51,241 nucleotides of DNA from a virus (IMGVR_UViG_3300037474_000080:1-51241); one strand, 5' to 3'. Positions 8,444-17,784 are shown, counted from the first letter of the stretch. Notes: a model not told the origin generated them from the sequence alone. Numbers and translations: made by a program.

Positions 8444-8562
8444 CCAACTTTTTGACCTTTAATTCCGAGCATCTTTTCGAACACGAAAGGCGCAAATCTG
8501 CCAAGCCCAACGCCTGACCATTCGCTGAGATTCCATAGCTGGGTGAAGAAGAATTTTGTCAT
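8440..8562 (-). CDS. 40-aa hypothetical peptide
   Basis: ATGA-coupled to the upstream gene; MTKFFFTQLWNLSEWSGVGLGRFAPFVFEKMLGIKGQKVG. Confidence 0.4.
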   Translation of the reverse strand: MTKFFFTQLWNLSEWSGVGLGRFAPFVFEKMLGIKGQKVG

Positions 8563-8795
8563 CGTAGGTTTATGTTTACCAAATCAATAATCACCGGCAC
8601 CCCATCACCGCCCTCTACGTCAACAGCAGCATTAAATACAGCCTCTTCGCCTTCACTGGTAATCGTTGCCGATGCTTCAAGCGTGTCCGTCAATTTGCCT
8701 GTTATGGTGACAGTAAAGAACGCAGGGAAGTAGAAGCGCGTAAGGTCATCCAGTGGCGCTAAAGATGGCCTTGTGATTGGGATAAGCAGCGGCAT
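8559..8795 (-). CDS. small tail-region protein
   Basis: 78-aa beta-rich ORF in the late-operon orientation. Confidence 0.55.
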   Translation of the reverse strand: MPLLIPITRPSLAPLDDLTRFYFPAFFTVTITGKLTDTLEASATITSEGEEAVFNAAVDVEGGDGVPVIIDLVNINLR

Positions 8796-8813
8796 AAATG
8801 GGTAATAGAAAAG
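8791..8813. repeat. 23-bp direct repeat copy 2
   Basis: identical to 8084-8106. Confidence 0.9.
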
Positions 8814-8840
8814 CTATGAAATTGAGAGTATACTGTGATT

Positions 8841-9101
8841 ATGAGCGCACGTTATGGAATAAAATGCACTTTTTGCAATCAGCAAACCGCAATGAATTTT
8901 AAGACCTTATTTCTTGCCGACATCATCAGACTTTGGACTCACTTTCAAATTCTATACGAGGCGGATAGCTGCTTTGCAGGCTTTGAAATTAAAATTAGCG
9001 ACGATTACGACGAGCCCTATTTAATGCAGTTTATGACTGACCATGACGGTCATAATTTAATCATAATCAATGAATACGGCGATGAGTTTAAGTCGCAATA
9101 A
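8841..9101 (+). CDS. moron-like protein with CxxC...H..H, probably leaderless
   Basis: TATACT at 8829-8834, ATG 6 nt later; KCTFC...FMTDHDGH. Confidence 0.65.
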   Translation: MSARYGIKCTFCNQQTAMNFKTLFLADIIRLWTHFQILYEADSCFAGFEIKISDDYDEPYLMQFMTDHDGHNLIIINEYGDEFKSQ

Positions 9102-9115
9102 CAACGCCTTAGGTC

Positions 9116-9484
9116 CTACGTCTCGCTCATCTCGATAATAATATCCAAGCTGCCCGTACTGGTTTCAGAGCCTGGAAATTCATCAAAATCCACAGTGATA
9201 ATGTCGTATTTCGTTATGGACGTAATATCCATAGCAACCGCCACTCTTTCAGCATTGTCAAAATCTTCCGGTATCGTTAGGCGGTTTGATTGAGTAGTAA
9301 AAACTGTCACGCCGTTGATATTCAGGTCAAAGGTTGCTCCACCGCTTGCCATTACGTCACTGGTGTAGATTTTTATCTTTACTAAAGCGCCGGTTGCAGG
9401 TGCGCGAAACTTGAATATTGAAGGCGTTGGCGCTGTCAGTGCCGGTAAATCAATTGCCTCTGCTACGTGATTTGTTAGTGCCAT
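9116..9484 (-). CDS. putative minor structural protein
   Basis: FRAPATGAL..I.......SGGATFDLNINGVTVF....LTI...DIITVD pattern seen in phage virion proteins. Confidence 0.6.
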   Translation of the reverse strand: MALTNHVAEAIDLPALTAPTPSIFKFRAPATGALVKIKIYTSDVMASGGATFDLNINGVTVFTTQSNRLTIPEDFDNAERVAVAMDITSITKYDIITVDFDEFPGSETSTGSLDIIIEMSET

Positions 9485-9715
9485 TTATTCTTCGATCCTG
9501 TAGCCCAAAAGGTCAGCCACTCCAAAAAGTATCCGAGAGCATTCATGCGTCAAAAACATAGGAACCTTGTATCTGTCGAGGTCTATCGGTAATCCATGCT
9601 GCTGAATGGCATTATCAACGCCTGCTTTTGCTAACTCCAAGCTACTCGGCGAAAGCGGTCTAAAAGTCTCGCCGCATCGCCTGCATTTATATTCGACTGA
9701 AGCCCTTTGTCCCAT
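9485..9715 (-). CDS. small Zn-binding hypothetical protein
   Basis: YKCRRCG...HEC. Confidence 0.6.
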   Translation of the reverse strand: MGQRASVEYKCRRCGETFRPLSPSSLELAKAGVDNAIQQHGLPIDLDRYKVPMFLTHECSRILFGVADLLGYRIEE

Positions 9716-9788
9716 TAGTCAGGCCACCCCGCCGCTGTTTTCATTGGAATTTCAGGTGTTTTCGTCATTTTCTTAATAGAGGAACTAC

Positions 9789-10898
9789 ATGCCAATAACC
9801 AAAAATTGCGAACATTGCCAAGCGCCTTATACTCGCGTTCCGGCTCTCGCGAAAGAGTCAAGATTCTGTAGCCGTAAGTGCTGCTTTGACTGGAAAGCGA
9901 TTTCTAGCAAGGCCGATAAGAGACTGCAAAAGATATGCGATAACTGCTCTGAGCCTTACTACGCTCTGCCAAATATATTCAAAAGGGCTAGATTTTGTAG
10001 TCGTGAATGCTACTACGCAAGCAAGCGTACTGAGAATAAACCGTTAAAAACTTGCGAGCAATGCAACAAAGAATACTATCCCAAAAGCAATGACCGCGCT
10101 CATAATGAAAAGCAAAAATACTGTTCTAATCAATGCAGCACTATTGCAAGCAGCACGGAAAAAGAGTGTCAAAAATGTGGCGCTTTATTCATTGTTACCA
10201 GGCTTAATTCGGGATTAAAATATTGCTCCGTTAAGTGCACGCCTCGCGGATCGTGCTCGTATTGCGGCAAATTGGTAACTGGAAAAGGAAACAAGCGTTA
10301 CTGTGATCGCTCCTGTGGTGCCTATGCCAAAAAGCGCATCGCTAAATTTTCCGAGTGCCACCACTGTAAAAGGTCATTCCCTCAGAAAAACGTTGACTCT
10401 GCCAAGCATAGAAAATATTGTTCTGCTCATTGTAGCAATCTTGCTACCGGAGAAACTAAGAACTGCCCGACTTGCGGTAAGGATTATTTTGCTCACAGGC
10501 TCATTAAGAATCGTTCCTACTGTTCTTCGAAATGCGTGCCCCGTAAGCCCTGTCCCCTGTGTGGAGTCGGTATCACTAAAAACCAAAGGCAGTTCTGTTC
10601 TTTAGAGTGCAGAAACATAGTCAAGGCGATTAAGCAAAATCACATCGCTCTGTGTTTTGCTAATACTATCCGTCTTAAAGGCTCCCTGGTTTGTGAGCGA
10701 TGCGGATACAACGTGATTGCCGGCTTGATTATTCACCATAAAGATAGAAACCGCCAAAACAACTCGCTCGGAAACCTCGAAACCCTATGTTCAAACTGCC
10801 ATTGTATAGAACATTATTCATACGCTCTTGAGCGAGATAGACTACTGGAAACGGCGAAAAAGATAGTGAAATACATAGATAAAATCAGCTTTCTTTAA
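9789..10898 (+). CDS. HNH endonuclease with an N-terminal array of treble-clef Zn fingers
   Basis: repeated CxxC...(Y/F)CSxxC units; C-terminal CERCG...IHHKDRNRQNNSLGNLETLCSNCHCIEH; GAGG RBS. Confidence 0.85.
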   Translation: MPITKNCEHCQAPYTRVPALAKESRFCSRKCCFDWKAISSKADKRLQKICDNCSEPYYALPNIFKRARFCSRECYYASKRTENKPLKTCEQCNKEYYPKSNDRAHNEKQKYCSNQCSTIASSTEKECQKCGALFIVTRLNSGLKYCSVKCTPRGSCSYCGKLVTGKGNKRYCDRSCGAYAKKRIAKFSECHHCKRSFPQKNVDSAKHRKYCSAHCSNLATGETKNCPTCGKDYFAHRLIKNRSYCSSKCVPRKPCPLCGVGITKNQRQFCSLECRNIVKAIKQNHIALCFANTIRLKGSLVCERCGYNVIAGLIIHHKDRNRQNNSLGNLETLCSNCHCIEHYSYALERDRLLETAKKIVKYIDKISFL

Positions 10899-11941
10899 TC
10901 GTCTGACCAGCCAGCCCCGGAAGACACAAGGCCAGAAACCCTGACATCAAGAGGGTAAGGATTCGATAAACTGTTACCGCCCTCAGTAACCAAAATCCGA
11001 ACGTGAAAATCAGCAAATCCGCCTGCCGTGATTGTTCCGGTCGCTTGCCCTGACTCAGTCAAATCAATGTCAGCGGTGCCAAACGTACCAGGGCTTCCCG
11101 ATTCATCAGGCGCTATCTGCATAAAGCGAGTGCTGAATATGAGAATGTTTGCGGTGCTGGAATCTTCGGCATCCTCGGATAATAAAAACTCAACGTCTTG
11201 CAGGCTACCAGATGTGATTCGATAACGATCAACGACATTCAAGCCCTCGCTTGTGCCTTCTGATGAGTCCGTCAGATTGATGACATCGAATAAAGAACCA
11301 TCAAACAGCACATCCATTATTTTTGATTCATCTGAACCCGTTACATTCTCAACCGTGATTGCATACGGACTCACCTGCCCATCCGTGAGCTTCTCTGTGG
11401 CAGATTCGGCAAAAGGAAACACACGCGCAAAGATAGTGCCAACCTTCGCCCAATGCTTGACGATGTTGACCAACTCAGCGATGCAGTTTGACGCACTCTC
11501 AGAACCTGTATTTTCTACCCTTACCTTTCTACTTGTGCCAGGTATGCCAGCAGACGCGCCAAATGATTCAGCAGCGCCAAAGGATAGACCGACTTTGATT
11601 TGTGCGGTCCAGGTGTCCAAGAATCCCGCGTCATCATCGAAAACAAGATCAACTCCGCGAAGTACATTCTTGTAAATCGTGGTGCCATCGAGTAATACGG
11701 TTTTACCCACACTGTCAATATTTGGATTATTGGGAGAATCAGCATTGACTTTGACCGTAGCATCTACGGCAGGGTCGCTATCATCAAACGTGAGGCTATA
11801 CACGCCTGCGATTGCTCCGCCATCGCCATTTGATACAGCAGACACGACCGGCGTTCCTGACGTGTTACTGAGGCGGCATGAGGCATCTACGAATGTGCCT
11901 GAAAGTGCAGCTTCTTCAATTTTACAAACTAATCCACTCAT
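10895..11941 (-). CDS. minor tail protein
   Basis: 348 aa acidic, beta-rich; second gene after tape measure. Confidence 0.55.
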   Translation of the reverse strand: MSGLVCKIEEAALSGTFVDASCRLSNTSGTPVVSAVSNGDGGAIAGVYSLTFDDSDPAVDATVKVNADSPNNPNIDSVGKTVLLDGTTIYKNVLRGVDLVFDDDAGFLDTWTAQIKVGLSFGAAESFGASAGIPGTSRKVRVENTGSESASNCIAELVNIVKHWAKVGTIFARVFPFAESATEKLTDGQVSPYAITVENVTGSDESKIMDVLFDGSLFDVINLTDSSEGTSEGLNVVDRYRITSGSLQDVEFLLSEDAEDSSTANILIFSTRFMQIAPDESGSPGTFGTADIDLTESGQATGTITAGGFADFHVRILVTEGGNSLSNPYPLDVRVSGLVSSGAGWSDD

Positions 11942-12348
11942 ATTTTCATGAACCTGAAATCTACGCCTTTTATAACGCTTTCATTTGTGCGCTGTGGCTC
12001 GATTTTCAGCCAACCGTTACCATCAACAATGCAGTTGCTGTTGATAGAATTAACATCGTCGGCAAGCGTCACGTTGAAGCTGCCAGAGCCAAGCATGGCG
12101 GCATTCACCGCTTCAACAATATCATTCAGCACATCAGGCGGAATGTATTCTACCCTGACGCCAAAGCCCTGGCCGGTGGCGATTTCTAATACCTGAGTGA
12201 ATGGCGTACCATCTGCGGCAAAGGTTGTTGATGATACGAATGTCGCCTTGAAGTTGGCAGCATCGACCAATAGGACCTTACACGGTGTGCCGGAACTATC
12301 CTCTAAGTCAACGCCTGCGATTGAACCTTGTCCGTATCCTAAAGCCAT
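11938..12348 (-). CDS. putative distal tail protein
   Basis: immediately after tape measure, TAATG-coupled. Confidence 0.55.
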   Translation of the reverse strand: MALGYGQGSIAGVDLEDSSGTPCKVLLVDAANFKATFVSSTTFAADGTPFTQVLEIATGQGFGVRVEYIPPDVLNDIVEAVNAAMLGSGSFNVTLADDVNSINSNCIVDGNGWLKIEPQRTNESVIKGVDFRFMKI

Positions 12349-14294
12349 TATTGATTATTCGAGAGATTGCTGCCCGACTGCAACGGAGTCGTACCGTTGA
12401 CGCTGCCTAAATCTACAGAGGCAACTGAATCGTTTTCAATCTTGATTGTGAGCGCACCTTGAGCAAAGTTTGTAAGAGCGCCTTCTACTGAAGATAGCCG
12501 ATTGCCAACTTCGACAAGAGCAGAAGTGTTATCTTTCTGCGCATTGGTCTGGTCGCGTAACCTCTCAAAGTTTTCTCTAAATAATTGCTCTTGAACCGTG
12601 ATCTGTTCGTTCAGCGCCTTAAATCTCGCGTCCCTTTGCTCAGGATTCAAATCTTGGGTGTTGCTTGTAGCTTCCAGAATCCGGCCAAGCGCAAGTTGCC
12701 TCTGTGCCGGATTCTGCGCGATATCAAGAAACTTCTTCGCGGAATCAATCTGCTCCTGGATTGCGTCACGTTGCGCCTGTGCCAGTTTTACAGGGTCCTT
12801 GTTCGCTTCAAGTTGCGCGCGCTGTAATCTCAGATTGGAAAGCCCCTGCGATTGCCCCAATACTCCTTTGAACAAATCCAATATCTGCACTTCGCGGCTT
12901 GCCTGCGTGAAGGCATCCCGGAATTCTTTTGGCACATCGCGGAGCTTCTCAATGAAGGCTATTCGGCTTTTGTCAGCGGCAAGGAAGGCTTCAGCAACTG
13001 GATTGATTGAAAGTTTTGATTGCAGGTCATCGGTTGCCTTGCCGATTTCTCTTATGCCATCAGCAAACTTCTTATTAGCTTCATCCGTTTTCTTGAAATA
13101 AGCCTCGTTTGATTTGTTTATTTCGTCTGTGTACTTTTGCCCTTGCTTTAGTGAATCAAGATCAATTATGGATTTTGACCTTAAAGAACCGAATCGTTTT
13201 TCAATTTCAGCAGCGGCTTTACTGGCTTCATCTGATAGCTTCTTGGTATCGCCGACATTTAACGTATCGGGCGTTCCTGTATTAAAGCCGATGGCACCAG
13301 CAACGCCAAGCAATGTTAATTGTTTGAACTTTTGATAAGCAGAGGCGAGGATTCCTATTTCACGCGCCAGTTTTGCGGTGATTGCTATCACGGTGCCGAA
13401 GTCGCTGACCGTTGTATTAACAAATTTGCTTAAACCTGACTGAGAATCCTTTAATTGATTTGTCAGGTATTCGAGCGTGTCACTGATTGATTGAAATGAT
13501 TTAGCGAGTCCTGGATTCTTTGAGATGAGTTCTCCCGCCGTTTCCAATAATATCTGCTGCTGAGCCGCTAAAGCAGTAAGTTTCCCCTTTAGTCCCTCCG
13601 CACCTTTTGCCGCGTCCCCTAAGAATGGGTCGGTTTCTTTCAAGAATTCATTGTAATATCTAGTTGCTGATGCTGTTCTTTTTGTAGCATCAGCTAAATC
13701 ATCGAATTTTATTTTCGCTCTTTCTTGAATGATTGACAGATTAGTGCTGATGCCACCGGCATCGCTATTCGCGGAAGTATTTTGGCGAATACCTTCAGTT
13801 GTTGTAACAACCGCTTGACCTAAAGAAAGGTGAGCCTGCTTGTTAAATGTCGCAGTATCGGCAAACCGCTTTAGTAGGTCTATCGATTGTTCAAGCGAAA
13901 AGCCAGTCCTAAGAAGGTTTTTTAACCCTGCGCTTGCTTCCGTAGTGGTCAAGATTCCTTTCCTGACCAATTCAAGATTTTTAACAGCTTCCGTTGCAGA
14001 CTGCGGGTCAATGCCTACAGATTTTGAAACCGTTTCAAGACCTTTTCGCGCTGCTTCGGCTTCGTTAAAAGCCTGTACAGCCGCTTGCCCGAAACTTATA
14101 GCTGCCGACGTACCTTGCTTGAAAAATTCAAGCACGAGCACAGCTTTAAATCCGTTGATAAATTTATCAACATCGGAACTGCTCTGCTTCGCAGTCTTGC
14201 CAATATCATCAACGCCTTTGTCGATCTGGCGTAAAGTGGCGCGTCCTTTCGCATCCTGATCTATTTCAAATGTGATTGATACTTTGTTTGCCAT
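12348..14294 (-). CDS. tail tape measure protein
   Basis: 648 aa, Ala/Lys/Gln-rich helical; N-terminus MANKVSITFEID...; position after tail chaperones. Confidence 0.85.
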   Translation of the reverse strand: MANKVSITFEIDQDAKGRATLRQIDKGVDDIGKTAKQSSSDVDKFINGFKAVLVLEFFKQGTSAAISFGQAAVQAFNEAEAARKGLETVSKSVGIDPQSATEAVKNLELVRKGILTTTEASAGLKNLLRTGFSLEQSIDLLKRFADTATFNKQAHLSLGQAVVTTTEGIRQNTSANSDAGGISTNLSIIQERAKIKFDDLADATKRTASATRYYNEFLKETDPFLGDAAKGAEGLKGKLTALAAQQQILLETAGELISKNPGLAKSFQSISDTLEYLTNQLKDSQSGLSKFVNTTVSDFGTVIAITAKLAREIGILASAYQKFKQLTLLGVAGAIGFNTGTPDTLNVGDTKKLSDEASKAAAEIEKRFGSLRSKSIIDLDSLKQGQKYTDEINKSNEAYFKKTDEANKKFADGIREIGKATDDLQSKLSINPVAEAFLAADKSRIAFIEKLRDVPKEFRDAFTQASREVQILDLFKGVLGQSQGLSNLRLQRAQLEANKDPVKLAQAQRDAIQEQIDSAKKFLDIAQNPAQRQLALGRILEATSNTQDLNPEQRDARFKALNEQITVQEQLFRENFERLRDQTNAQKDNTSALVEVGNRLSSVEGALTNFAQGALTIKIENDSVASVDLGSVNGTTPLQSGSNLSNNQ

Positions 14295-14352
14295 AATAAA
14301 ACTCTTGACGCTCTTAAAAGCTTGTTACATGAATTATGCGAGGTTAAAGAAA

Positions 14353-14955
14353 ATGAACAATTGCAAATATTGCGGAGAAAACAATCCTTCTACCGTGTTC
14401 AACTGCTTAAAATGTCATGCCGTGATGCCTGCCCCTCCACCCGTTCAAGCCGTAACCGTTGTTCAGGAAAGAAAGCCAATAGCAAGAAAACTAAACGCCA
14501 ATCTGCCGAAGCCGCTACCAACCGAAATGGAAACGTTCAAAAGCTTTGCTATATATATGGGTATTGCTATTGCGATTGTCGGGTTATTTGTTACGATGTT
14601 CTTTGTGTTAAATAAAATACAACCGCTTCCATCTACAAGTTCAGCATCTACCGCAAGCCCTGAACCCGTATCCTCAGAAACGGGATATTATTTAGATTAT
14701 AAATTCACCTTAATGAAAAAGGGTTCTGATGATAAGGTCGTTGCATTGTTTCAGCCAAGAATGTTGCCGCATAACGATATTGCTTTAATTGGCGCAACCC
14801 GCAAAGTTATCAGCCAGGCATACGGCAAAGAGATTTCCAGCGATCCGGTATTAGTGGGCAAAGAAATTAAATTCACATCTGGAAAAGATAGTTTCTATGT
14901 TATGCCAGTCAAAGAAGATACTGGTGAGATTCATACGCTTGTAATTCGCAGGTAG
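14353..14955 (+). CDS. zinc-ribbon single-pass membrane protein (moron; exclusion-like?)
   Basis: CKYCG...FNCLKCH, TM FAIYMGIAIAIVGLFVTMFFVL; GAGG RBS; TTGACG upstream. Confidence 0.7.
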   Translation: MNNCKYCGENNPSTVFNCLKCHAVMPAPPPVQAVTVVQERKPIARKLNANLPKPLPTEMETFKSFAIYMGIAIAIVGLFVTMFFVLNKIQPLPSTSSASTASPEPVSSETGYYLDYKFTLMKKGSDDKVVALFQPRMLPHNDIALIGATRKVISQAYGKEISSDPVLVGKEIKFTSGKDSFYVMPVKEDTGEIHTLVIRR

Positions 14956-14964
14956 TCAAAGCGA

Positions 14965-15000
14965 TAAAAAAACAGGGATGTACAGTCCCGGCTTTTCTGC
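14965..15000. terminator. probable bidirectional terminator
   Basis: A-run, GGGA-tgtacag-TCCC hairpin, T-run between convergent genes. Confidence 0.45.
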
Positions 15001-15002
15001 TA

Positions 15003-15449
15003 CTATGCTGCGTCTTCCTTCTGGTCATCCGGTAGAACGAAGGCAAGATCGTATTGCACATCATAGCGAACCTTCAAATCTTTGGCGTATTCGTTGGATT
15101 CTCTAATGTGGTGACGCGCTCTTTCTTCGTGATATTGAATCGTATACTCATAATGAGGTACATCGAAAAGAGCCTGCTGCATATAGCCCTGAGTCGTTTC
15201 GCCTTGCTCATCTGTGATTTGAACATTGGCGAAGACCGGGCGACCGCGACCGTCTTTTATCTTTCGCATCATGCGACGAACGAAAGTCTCTTTGTACTCT
15301 CTTACCGCATCTTCAATATCGTTTTCAGACCAGAAGCTTTTATCGTCAAGCAGGTCAACGGCTTGCTTGGTTGAAATAAAATCTTTAGAGCGTAGGGTTT
15401 CCGTGAAGACCTTACGCGCCATTTTGTCATGCATCTTGGCTGAGTTCAT
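15003..15449 (-). CDS. hypothetical protein coupled to the ParB-like gene
   Basis: 148 aa; AGGAGG RBS; overlaps the end of the upstream gene. Confidence 0.7.
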   Translation of the reverse strand: MNSAKMHDKMARKVFTETLRSKDFISTKQAVDLLDDKSFWSENDIEDAVREYKETFVRRMMRKIKDGRGRPVFANVQITDEQGETTQGYMQQALFDVPHYEYTIQYHEERARHHIRESNEYAKDLKVRYDVQYDLAFVLPDDQKEDAA

Positions 15450-16380
15450 TTTCTAAATCCTCCTTCAGGTTGGTGAGCGTTTCCAGAGTGTCACACAATT
15501 TCTTGTGATAGATTTTCTTTTCTCGCTCAGTCCAACTGCTGACTAATTTTTTAATACCTCCGTGTGTTGTGAGGCTCATAAAAATCTGACTGACCTTTAC
15601 AAGTCCCTTTGACCATCGTTCGCCCGGACTTTCACCAACAGAAAATTCCCGTTCTCGCATGGGTGGTTTTTCTGCCAATTCAGCCAAGACATTTTGATCG
15701 TGATTCGCTAACTTTTGCCTGACCTCTGTTCGCCGTTCTTCTGGTATGGCGTCAAGGTTTTTAGCAACTGTTACCGCATCTTTGCGCGTGGGAATCACTA
15801 CCAACTCAGGATATTTTTCGACTGCGGCAATGTGCTGCCGAACGTCTGGAATAGTCGCCTTACCTGCTTTGATTTCCACCAAAGCTTGCGGGGCTTTCTT
15901 CTCTATGACTTTTGCATCGCTCACGTACTGGCGATTTGTGCCAATGAGCTTTGCGGCTTGTTCGGTAGCCTTGCCCGGATTTGCTTGTTCAATTTTTTGA
16001 CTAAGCAAAACGCCGCCTTGACCGCCGCGCTGTCTTTCTTTTGCTTCTACGGAAAGAAACTTTTCAACTTCTAAAGCGATGACAGCCTTTTGCGAACTAC
16101 TTAAATGTCGCCTGTGTAGATTCAGGCTGATTACAAAGTTAATAATTGAGCCTTCGCCATTCCATTGCTGATAATCTGGCTCGACTCCTAATTCCCGGCA
16201 AGCTTTGTAGCGGTTCCGTCCGTCAATGATTTTGCCCTCATAAAGCCAAATCGCTTCACGTAATCCGTTTTCCCTGATGTCTTTGACGAGCGCCCTATAC
16301 TCGTCATCAGACATCATAGGAAACAGATTTGCCACATCATGCACGGGCAGACCTGCATTCTCTTTTACAAGTGCGCTCAT
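15427..16380 (-). CDS. ParB/Spo0J N-terminal-domain protein with HTH
   Basis: HDVANLFPMMSDDEYRALVKDIRENGLREAI...IIDGRNRYKAC; SLNLHRRHLS..QKA; AAKLIGTNRQYVSDAK. Confidence 0.85.
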   Translation of the reverse strand: MSALVKENAGLPVHDVANLFPMMSDDEYRALVKDIRENGLREAIWLYEGKIIDGRNRYKACRELGVEPDYQQWNGEGSIINFVISLNLHRRHLSSSQKAVIALEVEKFLSVEAKERQRGGQGGVLLSQKIEQANPGKATEQAAKLIGTNRQYVSDAKVIEKKAPQALVEIKAGKATIPDVRQHIAAVEKYPELVVIPTRKDAVTVAKNLDAIPEERRTEVRQKLANHDQNVLAELAEKPPMREREFSVGESPGERWSKGLVKVSQIFMSLTTHGGIKKLVSSWTEREKKIYHKKLCDTLETLTNLKEDLENELSQDA

Positions 16381-16408
16381 AGGTTTCTTTTTTCTCTTTG
16401 ATTAAAGG

Positions 16409-16438
16409 TTGACGGTCGGAATATCTATTTTGTAGGAT
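16409..16438 (+). promoter_or_regulatory. promoter for a short transcript antisense to the xre-parB intergenic RNA
   Basis: TTGACG-18 nt-TAGGAT; no + strand ORF follows; hairpin at 16479-16512. Confidence 0.4.
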
Positions 16439-16478
16439 TCGGGCGCGTCAATCTTTGTAACTATCGGTTGTGCGTAAA

Positions 16479-16512
16479 GGCTCGAACAAACTTTCGACGG
16501 GGAGTTCGAGCC
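16479..16512. terminator. hairpin after the XRE gene
   Basis: GGCTCGAAC/GTTCGAGCC 9-bp stem. Confidence 0.5.
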
Positions 16513-16524
16513 GCTTCTATTTGC

Positions 16525-16713
16525 TTACTGCTTTTTGCGCTTCTTCAATCGGCTTTCGATTGCCTCTAACGCAAGTTCTAAAAACGCAGGTATAGAACGA
16601 GTGCCACGTTCCCAGCGCGAAACGGTCATTACGTCCACGCCAAGCTCTGTGGCTAACTGTTCCTGTGTCAGTTCTAATTGTAGTCTTCGTTCTTTTAGCA
16701 TTTCCTTTTCCAT
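16525..16713 (-). CDS. XRE-family HTH transcriptional regulator
   Basis: LKERRLQLELTQEQLATELGVDVMTVSRWERG. Confidence 0.9.
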   Translation of the reverse strand: MEKEMLKERRLQLELTQEQLATELGVDVMTVSRWERGTRSIPAFLELALEAIESRLKKRKKQ

Positions 16714-16755
16714 GACGCGGAATTGTATTTTACCGCTTGCCTCGCGTCAATTTGA

Positions 16756-16845
16756 ATCCTAAACCATTGGTCTATAAAGGTCAAGAAAATAATTAGACCA
16801 ATGGTCTATTTTATTGTTGACTTTGCTAGACCAATGGTCTACAAT
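16756..16845. promoter_or_regulatory. divergent promoters with three palindromic operators TAGACCA(A/T)TGGTCTA
   Basis: operators at 16760-16774 (1 mismatch), 16794-16808, 16827-16841; + promoter TTGACT-17-TACAAT; - promoter TTGACC-17-TAGGAT. Confidence 0.9.
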
Positions 16846-16876
16846 TCAGACATCGCAATTAAGGAGATAGGAAAGA

Positions 16877-17011
16877 ATGAAAAACGAAAACGACAATCAA
16901 GCAAAATTGAAGCCTGAATATGTAACCCGCACAACTTGGAGTCACGGAAAACAGGTTGTTGTTGTTGAGCAAAAGAGCGCACCGAAATTTTACGGTGCAA
17001 TTGAAATCTAA
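16877..17011 (+). CDS. 44-aa peptide, first gene of the operator-controlled transcript
   Basis: TAAGGAG RBS; MKNENDNQAKLKPEYVTRTTWSHGKQVVVVEQKSAPKFYGAIEI; absent from the ORF track. Confidence 0.6.
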   Translation: MKNENDNQAKLKPEYVTRTTWSHGKQVVVVEQKSAPKFYGAIEI

Positions 17012-17025
17012 CATTGAAGTGTTTA

Positions 17026-17061
17026 GGGCGGTCAGCATCCCGCTAAGAAGTTTGACCGCCC
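17026..17061. terminator. hairpin (terminator/attenuator)
   Basis: GGGCGGTCA/TGACCGCCC 9-bp stem. Confidence 0.5.
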
Positions 17062-17095
17062 GACATTTCCCAACCCGAAAGAAAGGAACATTATT

Positions 17096-17371
17096 ATGAA
17101 ACCTGATAGCCGACGAAAAGGTCAAGCAAAATCTGACAGGAAGGGAATCACCCTTCAGAGCTTTCTTAAAAAACATGGTCAATGGGATGACGATCTGGTT
17201 TTTGAATCCCTCAAAGGCTTGCGACCTCTCAAACTTAGAGCGTTGCTCACGCTGGCACTTCACGCTGATGAAAAGCTGACGGACAAGCTTCTTGAAGTAG
17301 CTGGCATAAGAACAGACGTAAGCCAGCGCATACTGGTAAAACTCTATAACAGTCAGGAAGGTGACGAATAA
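17096..17371 (+). CDS. helical hypothetical protein
   Basis: AAAGGA RBS; TAATG-coupled to the S24-like gene. Confidence 0.7.
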   Translation: MKPDSRRKGQAKSDRKGITLQSFLKKHGQWDDDLVFESLKGLRPLKLRALLTLALHADEKLTDKLLEVAGIRTDVSQRILVKLYNSQEGDE

Positions 17372-17784
17372 TGAGCGCAAATGTAATTCCATTTCCATCT
17401 GCTAAACCTTGTTTGCCTGAATCTAACCCGGTCTCTTTCTTTGATACTCCCGTCGAGAAGTATATTGATATAAGACCTATCGAAAACGCGGCTCCCGGCG
17501 ATGAGTTTTTTGGTTGCAGATTAGACGGAGGCTCACTTTCGGGCGACGGTATTTTTGATGGTGACTTTGCAACCTTTCGTAAGATTTCAGACCTTTGCGT
17601 AATCAAGCCCGGTACTCTTATTGCGGTTCTTACGCCTGACGGACTGCTCATTCAGCATGCCTATTTAGGCATCGGAACTATAAGACTGGTCGCTTCAAAC
17701 CCTCAGTATAAAGACCGTACCTATCTGCTTTCTGATGTTGAAATCGTTGGCACAATCGTTAGGGTCGAAAGGGATTTCCAGTAA
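17371..17784 (+). CDS. LexA/S24 peptidase-fold protein, probably inactive
   Basis: FGCRLDGGSLSGDGIFDGD...IAV...LLIQH...IRLVASNPQY...VEIVGTIV; general-base Lys replaced by Gln; no HTH. Confidence 0.8.
   Translation: MSANVIPFPSAKPCLPESNPVSFFDTPVEKYIDIRPIENAAPGDEFFGCRLDGGSLSGDGIFDGDFATFRKISDLCVIKPGTLIAVLTPDGLLIQHAYLGIGTIRLVASNPQYKDRTYLLSDVEIVGTIVRVERDFQ

Noticed and set aside
3691-16723. 11-bp repeat TGACGCGGAAT at 3691 and 16713
   Set aside because: Short enough to occur by chance and the contexts differ
16859-17398. 179-aa minus-strand ORF (and 17247-17651)
   Set aside because: Shadow of plus-strand genes that have a promoter, RBSs and coupling
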